From Nitrosopumilus sp. (lineage in GTDB: Archaea > Thermoproteota > Nitrososphaeria > Nitrososphaerales > Nitrosopumilaceae), in NCBI GenBank assembly GCA_965214775.1, contig OZ243974.1:256001-320000 (forward strand): a stretch of DNA of 64,000 bases, read 5' to 3'. The position numbers and the translations under genes were made by a program. Numbering within the stretch: position 1 is the first letter of the stretch; every line of letters begins with the position of its first letter. Below, piece after piece: positions 23,909 through 33,732 of this stretch. Under the pieces are notes generated by a model, which saw only the letters and a list, made by a program, of their open reading frames with translations, was not told where the DNA came from and made no database searches.

Positions 23909-24739
23909 ATGAAAGGGGTTGCTCTAGTTACAGGAAGCTCGTCAGGAATTGGATTGGAGACAGCATTGGCGCTGGCCAGGGACGGATATCATACATTTGC
24001 CAGCATGAGGGACACAGGAAAGTCAAAAAAATTAGAGGATGCCGCAAGAAAGGAAGGCCTCGACATAGAGATTACAGAATTGGATGTGGACAAGGAGGAG
24101 TCAATTGTTGCTGCAATCAAAAAAGTTGTGGATTCTAGGGGCAGGCTTGACGTACTGGTAAACAATGCAGGGTATGGGCAGTTCGGATGTACTGAAGATG
24201 TGTCTGTTGAAGATTTCAAGAAACAGTTTGAAACTAATTTCTTTGGCGTTGTGAGAATTATTCAAGAGGTTGCGCCAATTATGAGAAAGCAGGGTTCAGG
24301 TAGCATCATAAACATTAGTTCTGTCGTAGGAAGAATCGGACTGCCTGGCTCTCCGGCCTACATCAGTTCAAAATTTGCGTTGGAGGGACTAGCAGAGTGC
24401 CTGCGATACGAACTGGGCCAGTTTGGGATCAACACGACACTCATAGAACCAGGAGTCACCAAAACAAACTTTTTTGATTCTATGAGAATTCCAGAATCAA
24501 GGATAGACCCAAAGTACAAGCAGATGGCTGACAATATTTTGTCAGGCCTCAAGATGATGGTAGAGATGGGAACAGCGCCATCTCATGTTGCCAATGTGGT
24601 CGTGAAATCCCTTCACGATGAAGAAATGTTGCCAAGATACCTTGCAGGCTCAGATGCTGCAATGTTTTTGGAGGCTAAAAAAACAAAGACAGACATTGAG
24701 TTTGAGAAATATATGAGCAAAGAGCTCTTCTCTCACTAG
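23909..24739 (+). CDS. Short-chain dehydrogenase/reductase
   Basis: TGSSSGIG, NNAG, YxxSK. Confidence 0.95.
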   Translation: MKGVALVTGSSSGIGLETALALARDGYHTFASMRDTGKSKKLEDAARKEGLDIEITELDVDKEESIVAAIKKVVDSRGRLDVLVNNAGYGQFGCTEDVSVEDFKKQFETNFFGVVRIIQEVAPIMRKQGSGSIINISSVVGRIGLPGSPAYISSKFALEGLAECLRYELGQFGINTTLIEPGVTKTNFFDSMRIPESRIDPKYKQMADNILSGLKMMVEMGTAPSHVANVVVKSLHDEEMLPRYLAGSDAAMFLEAKKTKTDIEFEKYMSKELFSH

Positions 24740-24804
24740 CATCGCATGCCTACGTTAACTTGATATACGCATGAAATGCAGTTTTTGTCAAAGTCTGCAA
24801 TTTT

Positions 24805-26499
24805 ATGGTGAAAAGAATGGCACAATGGGAGAAACTAGAGCACAATGGGATCCTTTTTCCACCTGACTTTGAATCTCAGGGGGTCAGGATAAGGATCAAG
24901 GGAGAAGATGTTGAGCTCAATCTAGAACAAGAAGAGATGGCATACCAGTGGGCAAAAAAGAAGGACACGCCTTATGTTCAGGACAAGATCTTCCAAAAGA
25001 ACTTTACAGTAGATTTTGCAGAGAAGCTGGGCCCCAAATTTAAGAAAATCTCATATGAGGATATCGATTTTTCTCAAGCCTACAAACTGGTGGACATGCA
25101 AAAAGATCGCAAAGAGATGATGAGCAAGGAGGAAAAGAAAGAGCAGGCAAAAAATAGAAAAAAAATACGGGAAGAGCTCAAAGCCAAATACGGAATTGCC
25201 AAAATGCAGTTAAAAAAAGGCGGAAAGATAGTCGAGGTAGAGGTTGGAAACTATATGGCCGAGCCGCCTGGAATTTTTATCGGCAGGGGAGAGCATCCGC
25301 TCAGAGGCAGGTGGAAACCCAGAGTTACGGAGAAGGATGTGATTTTAAATCTTGGAAAAGAGGCACCAAGACCAAAAGGCAGTTGGAAAGAGATCAGACA
25401 TGATCAGGATTCCACGTGGCTGGCAAGATGGACGGACTTTCTCACCAAAAAGACGAAATATGTTTGGCTTTCTGATGGCTCTGATCTAAAACAAGGCAGA
25501 GACAAGGAAAAATACGAAAAAGCGGTAAAACTTCAAAGAGAGATAGAGAAAATCAGAAAGGCAATGGCCAGAGACATGAAGGATGAAAAGAAAAGCAAGG
25601 TTGCCACCGCATGCTACCTGATTTACAGGACTGCAATGAGGGTGGGAGATGAAAAGAACGAGGACGAGGCAGACACAGTTGGTGCAACGACGCTCAGGAC
25701 AAAACACATAAAGATTACAGCTGATCAAATAGAGTTTGACTTTTTGGGAAAAGACAGCGTAAGATGGCAAGAAACCCTAAAAATTGAAGGAGACGATGAT
25801 GCACAGTTTCAGGAAAATCTCCAAAAACTAATCGGAAAGAAAAGGCCGGACGAGGATATTTTTGACGAAATCACATCCAGAGATGTTAACAAGTACTTTT
25901 CTGGAATTGTAAAGGGACTGAGTGCCAAAGTGTTCAGAACGTACCTGGCAACAACCAAGGTCAAGAACTATCTTGTCCAGCACGACAACATAAGAAAGGA
26001 GAGCCCAAGTGCAAAGATTTACCATGCAAAACTAGCCAACCTGGAGGCTGCGATCATGTGCAACCACAAAAGAACCATTCCTAAAACATTTGAGCAGTCA
26101 TTGCAGAAAAAACGTGATACTCTGAAAAATGTTGAACAAATCAGGACGTGGAACAAAACCCGGGAAGCGCTGAAAAAGGCCAAGGCATCTGAGCCAAAAA
26201 CAGAAACCCAAAAGGAAAAAAAGGCAAAGAAAATCAAGAGACTAAATGAGCGAATCGAAAAACAAAAGACAAGACACAAAGAGAGGGTTGAGAAATTAAA
26301 ACTGCAAATTGACTTGTCTGAGCAGACAAGAGATTACAACCTAGGCACGTCTCTTAGAAATTATATCGATCCAAGAGTCTTCAAAGCTTGGACAGACGAG
26401 GTCGGTGCCGAATGGGAAAAATTGTACACCTCAGCATTGCAGAAAAAATTCCTATGGGTCAAAAAAGAGAATCTTAGTTGGAAGGCCATCAAAAAATAG
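24805..26499 (+). CDS. DNA topoisomerase IB (eukaryote-like)
   Basis: GRGEHP.RG, MRVGDEK, FLGKDS, AKVFRTY, CNHKR, TSLRNYIDPR. Confidence 0.95.
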   Translation: MVKRMAQWEKLEHNGILFPPDFESQGVRIRIKGEDVELNLEQEEMAYQWAKKKDTPYVQDKIFQKNFTVDFAEKLGPKFKKISYEDIDFSQAYKLVDMQKDRKEMMSKEEKKEQAKNRKKIREELKAKYGIAKMQLKKGGKIVEVEVGNYMAEPPGIFIGRGEHPLRGRWKPRVTEKDVILNLGKEAPRPKGSWKEIRHDQDSTWLARWTDFLTKKTKYVWLSDGSDLKQGRDKEKYEKAVKLQREIEKIRKAMARDMKDEKKSKVATACYLIYRTAMRVGDEKNEDEADTVGATTLRTKHIKITADQIEFDFLGKDSVRWQETLKIEGDDDAQFQENLQKLIGKKRPDEDIFDEITSRDVNKYFSGIVKGLSAKVFRTYLATTKVKNYLVQHDNIRKESPSAKIYHAKLANLEAAIMCNHKRTIPKTFEQSLQKKRDTLKNVEQIRTWNKTREALKKAKASEPKTETQKEKKAKKIKRLNERIEKQKTRHKERVEKLKLQIDLSEQTRDYNLGTSLRNYIDPRVFKAWTDEVGAEWEKLYTSALQKKFLWVKKENLSWKAIKK

Positions 26500-26580
26500 G
26501 AAGAAGGCCCAAAGTTTCTGCCCCAAGATTCCAGAAAAATCACGGATGAGACCATGACGATCTATGTCAGGGATCCCAAG

Positions 26581-26607
26581 CCTTCCTTCCTTCCTTCCTT
26601 CCTTCCT
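26581..26607. repeat. (CCTT)n microsatellite
   Basis: Read directly, about 6.5 units. Confidence 0.9.
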
Positions 26608-26650
26608 CCACGAGGCCAAGATCAGGGGTACTTTTCACTTGGCTGTGATT

Positions 26651-26771
26651 CAGTCTTCCCAGGTGTACACGACTCGTGTCGGTGGAGACGACGATGTGCG
26701 GATCTGCAGGAAGTCTAGTTTGAACTGTTTCAAGATTGGAGCCGCTTTTTGGGTTACTTTTGGGAAGACTG
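26651..26771. mobile_element. MITE family I (121 bp, CAGT...ACTG, ISH3-like)
   Basis: TIR CAGTCTTCCCA...TGGGAAGACTG; homologs at 36830, 41759 (partial), 41985 and 63852. Confidence 0.85.
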
Positions 26772-26815
26772 GTTGGTAGAACATTTAATTTCCCAGTTTT
26801 CGGGCATAATACTGT

Positions 26816-26930
26816 GCCGGGGTAGCTCAGCCTGGTTAGAGTGCCAGTTCACTTGGTAATCTCTAAAGGTTCTCCAACTAAGGCAATACTCATAATCTGG
26901 AGGTCGCGAGTTCGAAACTCGCCCCCGGCA
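26816..26930 (+). tRNA. tRNA-Met(CAT), elongator type, with a 40-nt intron (26848-26887) at position 30/31
   Basis: GCCGGGG/CCCCGGC acceptor stem. Spliced anticodon arm CCAGA-CTCATAA-TCTGG. BHB motif: helix TGCC/GGCA with bulges AGT and ATA. Confidence 0.92.
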
Positions 26931-27106
26931 TTACAAGATCTGGTCAGTACGCCCAACGCCTCAAATATTATTTATCGAGCATAAAGGTAGCCAGGAAGAG
27001 ACAAGGCAGATCCCGACACAATGTTGAGTTGGCATCTCACACATCATCCAAGGCACAGATTCATCTTGATGACGGCATGGGTCTGCAAGAGCCCACAGAT
27101 CCGACT

Positions 27107-27197
27107 GTAAGAGTTTACATCCTCCCGAAAATACGACGTGGTAGGCACAATGATCAAGGCTCCGGCCAGCAGTGTCGTCTGAGGGGTAAACTCTTAC
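27107..27197. mobile_element. MITE family A
   Basis: GTAAGAGTTTAC...GTAAACTCTTAC; 9-bp duplication GATCCGACT. Confidence 0.9.
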
Positions 27198-27281
27198 GAT
27201 CCGACTACTCTGGATTAGGCCAAGTTGGAATAAAGACGGGTGGAGATAGGCATAGAAATTCATTTTAAATGCAAAATTTAG

Positions 27282-28097
27282 ATGAAATTCTTGACTAAAA
27301 AGAAAATTGCCATCAGCGCATTTGTTGGAATCGTTGCAGTATTGGCATTGGATACGTTTGCAATCAAACCCAACGTGATTGAAGTCAATCGGGTTGATAT
27401 CTCAGATACGGGAACAAAAATGAGCATTGGTTTTATTTCTGATTTTCAGAGGCAAAATTCTGATCCCGCATTTGTTCAGCGTGTCGTAGACATCCTAAAT
27501 GAAGAAGAACTCGACACGGTAGTTATCGGGGGCGACTTTGTAGACAAAAGTTTGGGTGAATTGCCCTCACTTGATCCATTGCAAAAGCTAGATACAAAAT
27601 ACGGAGTGTATGGAGTTTTAGGAAATCATGATTATGGCGTAGATTCACTTAATCCCAATAACGCCAATTTTGAGATGGGTGAATCAGTGTTAAGGCATCT
27701 TGAGAGCGGGGGCCCAGTTCAAATCCTTAGAAACGAGAACATTGTGATCAATGGCATCGTATTGGTTGGTCTTGACTCGTACTGGGCAGGCTTAAGAGAC
27801 ACAGACAAAGCTTTTGAAAACACTTCGGATGAATTCAAGATTTTACTTGCACACAATCAAAACGATTTAGAAATAAGCAAGGAAACTGCAGACGTGTATT
27901 TGTTTGGCCACACCCATTGTGGACAAGTCAGGCTTCCATATGTCGGCTCTGTACCAAAAATGATTGGGTTTGAGGGGGATTATGACCACAAACACTACGT
28001 TGTAAATGACGCTGATGTCTATACGACATGCGGGTTGGCTCCTGGGCCGAGATTTTTCAATCTGCCAGAAATCACAATTATAAATTTGTCAGAATAA
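27282..28097 (+). CDS. Membrane-anchored metallophosphoesterase (YkuE-like)
   Basis: SD, GGDFVD, GNHD, LAH, GHTHCGQ. Confidence 0.9.
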   Translation: MKFLTKKKIAISAFVGIVAVLALDTFAIKPNVIEVNRVDISDTGTKMSIGFISDFQRQNSDPAFVQRVVDILNEEELDTVVIGGDFVDKSLGELPSLDPLQKLDTKYGVYGVLGNHDYGVDSLNPNNANFEMGESVLRHLESGGPVQILRNENIVINGIVLVGLDSYWAGLRDTDKAFENTSDEFKILLAHNQNDLEISKETADVYLFGHTHCGQVRLPYVGSVPKMIGFEGDYDHKHYVVNDADVYTTCGLAPGPRFFNLPEITIINLSE

Positions 28098-28157
28098 TCA
28101 GATTGTTGTTTCATATGAAAACTAGTTCCGCCCCTCATCAGTATCCCTCTCCATCCA

Positions 28158-28267
28158 CAGCCAAGTGGGATGTAAACGGGAATTATTTTTTTTGCCTTGT
28201 TGCTGAGGTGCCATCCTCTTGCCCATTTTCTGTTTTTTACTCGATTTTTTGGTACATTTCTCGGCTG
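28158..28267. mobile_element. MITE family J (110 bp)
   Basis: CAGCCAAGTG...CTCGGCTG; flanks ATCCA/ATCCG; homologs at 59385 and 60758. Confidence 0.75.
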
Positions 28268-28327
28268 ATCCGCTTTGGGCCGCTTTTCCTGATCGCTTCT
28301 GAGGCCTCCCGTCTCCGGAACGCCATC

Positions 28328-28470
28328 CTGAGAGTTGATTCGAAATCAGCAGATTCTGATCGTGTATGAACAAGTTTACATTAAATCGGTTAAATTGTCT
28401 GCAAACGACAAGTTATCTGTGAGTTACTTGACAGACTTGCAGAAAAATCCGGGCAGTAGTTGCACGAGTT
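28328..28470. mobile_element. MITE family C left part (right end not resolved)
   Basis: CTGAGAGTTGATTCGAAATCAGCA start. Confidence 0.65.
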
Positions 28471-28716
28471 CTAGTTGTGAATCATTTCAGAGGCGCCCTT
28501 TTCCCGTGCCGGACAACAGCAGGAGGCTGCCCGGAGATATCACAGTGTCTTGTTTCACGGATTGCTGTACAGGTCACGTGATCCAGATTCTTTAATCAAA
28601 AGTTCTCACAACAGTTGTGATCGGTTTTTGATCACGAACGCCGTATTGTTCTGTCATCTGCCTCAGCCATTCTTTCAATTGTTGTCATGCTACCTGGACT
28701 CAGAGAAGGATTCCCT

Positions 28717-28785
28717 GTGCGGCGGCGGTGCGGGCGGCGGTGCGGGTGGCGGTGCGGGTGGCGGTGCGGGTGGCGGTGCGGGTGG
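28717..28785. repeat. 12-bp G-rich tandem repeat (GGCGGTGCGGGY), about 5 units
   Basis: Read directly. Confidence 0.9.
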
Positions 28786-28985
28786 TTGACAGATTCAATG
28801 TACAGACAGAGCTGCCAGAGACAGGTCAGCAGGACATCATTGCAATTTTTCCAGAAGAAGAAAAAGAAGAAGCAGAAGAACTTGCATCATACTATTATTA
28901 TGACAAGAGACGATTTGGAATCACTGGGAAAAATCAAAGCTATCTGAGTTGTTCCAAGTGACGGATTTCAAGGGATTAGAAAGGA

Positions 28986-29864
28986 TCAATCTGATGATTT
29001 TTTGCCAACAAGCAAGTCTGCCTTATAATTTAGGGCGGCCCTAGAATGCAATTGAAGGTTCCATGGGATTTCAGAGGGGGTTTCCGTTTCAGGCGTAATT
29101 TTAAACCCTAGCTGAGTCATGGATTTGCGCAAACCTTTCCCGTCTAGAGGATTTTTGATTGAATTTACGCCCCTGTCAAAATCATACGGGTCAGAAATTA
29201 TTGCCGTTCCATTCGAAATTTGGCCAGAGATTTTTTGGATAAGAGCCGATGGCTCCATAATTTCTAATACGTTTAGAGCGACAATCAATCCGAAATGCGC
29301 TTTTCCAAAGACGTTAGAAAAGGTGTCAGCAACGACATAATCCACGTTTTTTTTACCGGGTTTTTTTGCCTCCACCAACGCACTAAAAGAACGGTCTACC
29401 CCAAAAACATAATCGCATTTTTCAGACATCTTTCCGGCAATTATCCCAATTGAGCAGCCATATTCAAGACCAAGCTTGGAGGAGGGAAGAGAGCAAATGT
29501 GCCGGTTTATGACAGAGTAAAATTTTGATTTTCTGCTGTTTTGATAGATTTTTGTCCATCTATCCTCAAGATGGGTTCTGTCTTCCTTGTATTTTATATC
29601 AGAAAAAGAAGACTTTAGAAATTCCTTCATGATTTTTGTTCTAGCAAGACGGTACAGCCGTCCGCCCAAACTTTTTCTTGACGAAACATAATTTGAAAAA
29701 TCATCCCACAGAATTGCAAGTCTAGAGATGATGGGAAAGTCAAGACTGCATTTTTTGCAATGAAGAAAGCCTTCCTCTATTTCTGAGGACTCGGATAATT
29801 TTTCCAAAGCCAAGACAGATCCGCATCTAGCACACTTTAGGTATTCTAAGCTGGACTCGTACAC
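28986..29864 (-). CDS. SAM methyltransferase with N-terminal Trm112-like Zn finger
   Basis: CARC..CKKC..FPI; LEYGCSIG. Confidence 0.8.
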   Translation of the reverse strand: MYESSLEYLKCARCGSVLALEKLSESSEIEEGFLHCKKCSLDFPIISRLAILWDDFSNYVSSRKSLGGRLYRLARTKIMKEFLKSSFSDIKYKEDRTHLEDRWTKIYQNSRKSKFYSVINRHICSLPSSKLGLEYGCSIGIIAGKMSEKCDYVFGVDRSFSALVEAKKPGKKNVDYVVADTFSNVFGKAHFGLIVALNVLEIMEPSALIQKISGQISNGTAIISDPYDFDRGVNSIKNPLDGKGLRKSMTQLGFKITPETETPSEIPWNLQLHSRAALNYKADLLVGKKSSD

Positions 29865-29949
29865 AAAAACACGGTATTTTTTCTGAACTAATAATTTCTT
29901 TGCCGCACCAAGATAATGTTAAATGTAGTAATCACGAATTTTATGCAAG

Positions 29950-31146
29950 ATGGGGGAATTTGAAGAGTTTGCAGAGGCATTATTTGGCCAGCTGTCCGTA
30001 GAAATTAACGAAGAAAAAGAGATCACAGAACTGGCAGTCAAGGCCAAAGAAGATCTTCCTGACAATGTAAGTTTTAAAAAAATTGAGGAAATTGCCGAGG
30101 AGATACTGCCGGAATTCAAGTCCAAAGTCGAGGACTTTTTGGGAGTAAAATGTCCGGATGAAATCAGATTAGAGTTTCCAGAACTAGAGGCATTCAAGAA
30201 GCTCAAAGGAGACAAAGTTTTTGCCAAAAAGGATGCAAAAAAATTTGTCAAAGATTTGTTTGCAGCTGTTGCAAAAGAGGATTTGAAAAAAATTGCAGAG
30301 CTGATGCGGCAGGATACTGGAAAGTATCTAGTGTATTCCACATACGCAATACAATACATTTCAAAGATTACAACGACTTATGGGGATTATCTGGACGGGG
30401 TCATCTACCTAAACAGATTCGTTTTATCAAGATACCCGCAAATCATTTTGCAAAAACAGGGGGGGCCTCATGACGCAATATTTGAAAATGTAAATTCAGG
30501 ATACCTGGGGGCTGTAAAAATGACAGTGCTAGAGGAGCTGATTCATTCTGCACAAGAAAACCTGCAGCAAATCAACAAGCAGGCGGCAATGGAGGTAAAT
30601 GAGATCAACGAGGAACTTGCAAACATTGTCTTGTCTTTAGATACGGAAACGGCAAACAGGCTGTCCGAGCACTGCCAATTGCAGGCAGTTCCAGATGATT
30701 TTCCCTTTGCAAAAAAAGCAAACCTGTTTTTCTTTTTGAATCCTGATCATTTCCTGATCGAGCAGATTGGGCCAGACGTCATGACGTTTACCTGCGTTGA
30801 AATGGACCCAAAAATTGAAGAGTCCATGCCGGAATTGTCAGGCATTTATAAAAGATGGCTGGTTCCAATCCAACGGCATCACGCTGCGTTTACTGCCATG
30901 GAAGGAATGGCAGGATTTGCAATCGAGGGCATTCTCAAAGATGACAAAGACTTTCAAAACTATCTGACTGCATACATGGGAACCGACTTTTCATCATACC
31001 AGGTAAGAAAAAATTTGGGCAAAGATTTCACAAAGGCCGTCTATGAAAAACTAGGCAGGGATACGTTCAAAAAAATGATCGAGACGCCGCCAAATACACG
31101 AGAATTAAAAGATCCGCAGTCATACATTGACAGATTGGGCCAGTAA
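29950..31146 (+). CDS. Conserved hypothetical protein, possible zincin-like fold
   Basis: EELIHSAQ and AMEGMA motifs; core-like composition. Confidence 0.7.
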   Translation: MGEFEEFAEALFGQLSVEINEEKEITELAVKAKEDLPDNVSFKKIEEIAEEILPEFKSKVEDFLGVKCPDEIRLEFPELEAFKKLKGDKVFAKKDAKKFVKDLFAAVAKEDLKKIAELMRQDTGKYLVYSTYAIQYISKITTTYGDYLDGVIYLNRFVLSRYPQIILQKQGGPHDAIFENVNSGYLGAVKMTVLEELIHSAQENLQQINKQAAMEVNEINEELANIVLSLDTETANRLSEHCQLQAVPDDFPFAKKANLFFFLNPDHFLIEQIGPDVMTFTCVEMDPKIEESMPELSGIYKRWLVPIQRHHAAFTAMEGMAGFAIEGILKDDKDFQNYLTAYMGTDFSSYQVRKNLGKDFTKAVYEKLGRDTFKKMIETPPNTRELKDPQSYIDRLGQ

Positions 31147-31149
31147 TAA

Positions 31150-31968
31150 TTGAGCAAAAAATTTGATCCGTTTGTTGCCGAATGGTTTTCGTTTGTAAAA
31201 AGTCCAAACTTCAACCTGGTAGAAAAATGCCTGAAATTTTCTCAACTGTTGGAGTACCCCGATCTGAATGTGGAGAAATACATCAAGAAGATCAACAATA
31301 TCGGCACGTCGTTAAAGGAATCAGTGGGCGATGTGAAAAATCCCACATATTTGATCTCTATGCTAAATGAGCACCTTTTTGAAAATCTTGGATTTGCAGG
31401 AGACGCCGACGATTATTACAATCCAAAAAATAATTTTCTTAACGAGGTGATTGACAACAGAGCAGGACTGCCAATAACGTTATCTGTTTTGTATGCAGAA
31501 GTTGCAAAATTTGTCGGACTGGATCTAAAGATGGTCGGTTTTCCCAGCCATATCTTGGTAAAACATAACGAGGAAATGATTCTTGATCCGTTTTATGATG
31601 GAAGGCCGTTAGGCATTGATGACTTGCAGGAAATTCTTGACATCAATTTTGGCGGAGAGTTGGAATTTCAACCGGAATTTCTTGACGAGATACCGCCTGA
31701 ACAGATTCTAGTAAGACTGGCCAGAAACCTGAAGAATTCATATGTCCAGTCGTTTGTTTATGAGAAGGCATTGCGTTGTGTCAACATGGTTCTTGCAATT
31801 GAACCAGAATCACCAGACGACATCAGAGACAAGGGAATACTGGAAGAAAGGATGCTGAACTCAGATGTTGCATTGCAGTACCTCAACAAATATTTGGAAA
31901 TAAATCCCAACGCAGAAGATGTGGATTTTATTTTGGAATTTATCAGAGGCATAAAGACAAAAGACTAG
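31150..31968 (+). CDS. SirB1-like transglutaminase/TPR protein
   Basis: DYYNPKNNFLNEVI, GLPITLS, GFPSH, ILVRLARNLK. Confidence 0.9.
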   Translation: MSKKFDPFVAEWFSFVKSPNFNLVEKCLKFSQLLEYPDLNVEKYIKKINNIGTSLKESVGDVKNPTYLISMLNEHLFENLGFAGDADDYYNPKNNFLNEVIDNRAGLPITLSVLYAEVAKFVGLDLKMVGFPSHILVKHNEEMILDPFYDGRPLGIDDLQEILDINFGGELEFQPEFLDEIPPEQILVRLARNLKNSYVQSFVYEKALRCVNMVLAIEPESPDDIRDKGILEERMLNSDVALQYLNKYLEINPNAEDVDFILEFIRGIKTKD

Positions 31969-32135
31969 TCGATTATCGAATCGACATCGTTGCCTTTCTT
32001 GATCATGGATATTTCGTGACGGGCAATCTTGTTTCTTAATGCCCCCTTGAGAATATCAACCTCGTTTCTGAGCAAGGCAATCTCATCTTCAAGCTTTGCA
32101 ACTCGCTCATAGATAGTTTCAGCGTCTGAACTCAT
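31965..32135 (-). CDS. Small coiled-coil hypothetical protein (56 aa)
   Basis: Manual ORF MSSDAETIYERVAKLEDEIALLRNEVDILKGALRNKIARHE. Confidence 0.65.
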   Translation of the reverse strand: MSSDAETIYERVAKLEDEIALLRNEVDILKGALRNKIARHEISMIKKGNDVDSIID

Positions 32136-32182
32136 GATTATCTATCAGGAAGAAATTGTCTTAAAAAGTTATGCATCTGCTT

Positions 32183-33531
32183 AGTTTGTTGCATAACTCC
32201 GACTAGAACCAAATCAGTCCGCCCGGATCATGACCGGCGCCCGGTTCCTACATGGCAGCCACCGCCTCTGCAATCCACTTGTTGTACAGCCATATTCTCA
32301 GCTTTACCTCCTGCACTATATTGGACCACTTGAGGGCCATTACGCACTCGCCGAACATGCGCTTTATGGACGATATCACGATCTCTACTATCCACCTGCT
32401 GCCAAAGCCGACCGTGCTCTTCCAGTACCGCAGGTTCTCCTGTCTTTCCTCCTTTGATAGGCTGCCCACCGGCTCCTCGGGGCCGCCCCCGAGCTGCCAT
32501 CGTACAAGCATGCCCCACTTGTCGCCGGTGCCCTTGCCCTTTGCAGTACAGCTTGTCAAAAGCCGTATGAGCGGTTTTATGCCGCGCTTGTGACACTCGG
32601 CTACGTTCTTCCTTGAGCCGTATGCGCCGTCTGCAAGCAGGATCTTTCCCGGCGTATCAGGATTCGCGCCGGTGTCAAGCAAGGTCATCGGTGAGATCCC
32701 GTCTGCAAGCATGTTGGGAATCTTGACTGCATCTGCGCCGTCGGTGAGTTCCTGCTGCTGCTGCTCTTCCTTGATGTTCTTGACTGCATCTGCGCCGTCG
32801 GTGAGTTCCTGCTGCTGCTGCTCTTCCTTGATGTTCTTGACTGCATCTGCGCCGTCGGTGAGTTCCTGCTGCTGCTCTTCCTTGATGTTCTTGGTCGCCT
32901 CCTCAAGCAGTGTCGGCAGTTCCGTGCTGTCGCCGACTGCATCACTTGTGACAGATACTGCCAGCATCTGCTTGGTGTCTGCGTCGACCATCAGGTGTAT
33001 CTTGACGAATCCGCGCCTTACCTTCCATTTCTTGCATATCCACTCGCCCCGATTGTGCTGCTTGAGGCCCGTGGCATCGGCTATCATGACCAGGTTGCGG
33101 GGCTTGTCGCGCACCGTGATTACGTGCTCTGCAATGTCGACGTCAAGCTTTTGTATTCTCCTGAATATCGTGGCATAACACGGCGAGTCCGCACCCTTTA
33201 GCATCTCCTCGAACATGCCTGACAGCTGCCTGTACTGTATCATGAATGCGGTTCTGAGGGCGGCTGCGGCCATTATCATGCCTTCTGCATACAGGAACGG
33301 GGCGCCCTTCTCCTTGTGGCAGTTGGCATCCTTGAGATCCTTCTCCCATTCCGGGTTGTACTTAACGATCAGGCCTGCCCCCCTCTTTACGTACTTTGCA
33401 TTGTCTGTTTGTGTCAATGTATACCAAACGAGGCATCCTCATGATCCATTACTTTTTCGGTAAGGATTAGTTGATCATTTTGGTGATTTTCAGTCAGATT
33501 TCAAATTTTAGGAAGAGTTATGCAACAAACT
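32183..33531 (-). mobile_element. IS5-family (IS903-like) insertion sequence
   Basis: TIR AGTTTGTTGCATAACT/AGTTATGCAACAAACT enclosing a transposase; no TSD seen. Confidence 0.9.
32248..33417 (-). CDS. IS5-family DDE transposase with in-frame tandem repeat insertion
   Basis: IADATGLK..GEW, KIHL, LADGAY, RWIVE..S.IKR; 3 x KNIKEEQQQ(Q)ELTDGADAV. Confidence 0.9.
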   Translation of the reverse strand: MTQTDNAKYVKRGAGLIVKYNPEWEKDLKDANCHKEKGAPFLYAEGMIMAAAALRTAFMIQYRQLSGMFEEMLKGADSPCYATIFRRIQKLDVDIAEHVITVRDKPRNLVMIADATGLKQHNRGEWICKKWKVRRGFVKIHLMVDADTKQMLAVSVTSDAVGDSTELPTLLEEATKNIKEEQQQELTDGADAVKNIKEEQQQQELTDGADAVKNIKEEQQQQELTDGADAVKIPNMLADGISPMTLLDTGANPDTPGKILLADGAYGSRKNVAECHKRGIKPLIRLLTSCTAKGKGTGDKWGMLVRWQLGGGPEEPVGSLSKEERQENLRYWKSTVGFGSRWIVEIVISSIKRMFGECVMALKWSNIVQEVKLRIWLYNKWIAEAVAAM

Positions 33532-33732
33532 AGCTACAGATAAGATTTGATATAACGTCTCATACAACATTTTTTATCGAAATAGGCACGATGTGCCAAA
33601 ACTATGATCCATTTTTTGATGTGTGCACTATACCTGCCAATTCGTGCCTGATTGGCGGGGGCAGATGACCACATACGAACTAATTATCATGTGAAACACA
33701 CTGGCGTCTACCAACATATCTTGACCATCTCG

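Noticed and set aside
24805-26499. Eukaryote-like topoisomerase IB as horizontal transfer from a host
   Set aside because: Established vertical hallmark of Thaumarchaeota.
32627-32711. 13-bp direct repeat CCGTCTGCAAGCA with period 72 in the IS5 transposase as a fourth scar
   Set aside because: The match is far shorter than 37 bp and cannot be distinguished from an ordinary old duplication.
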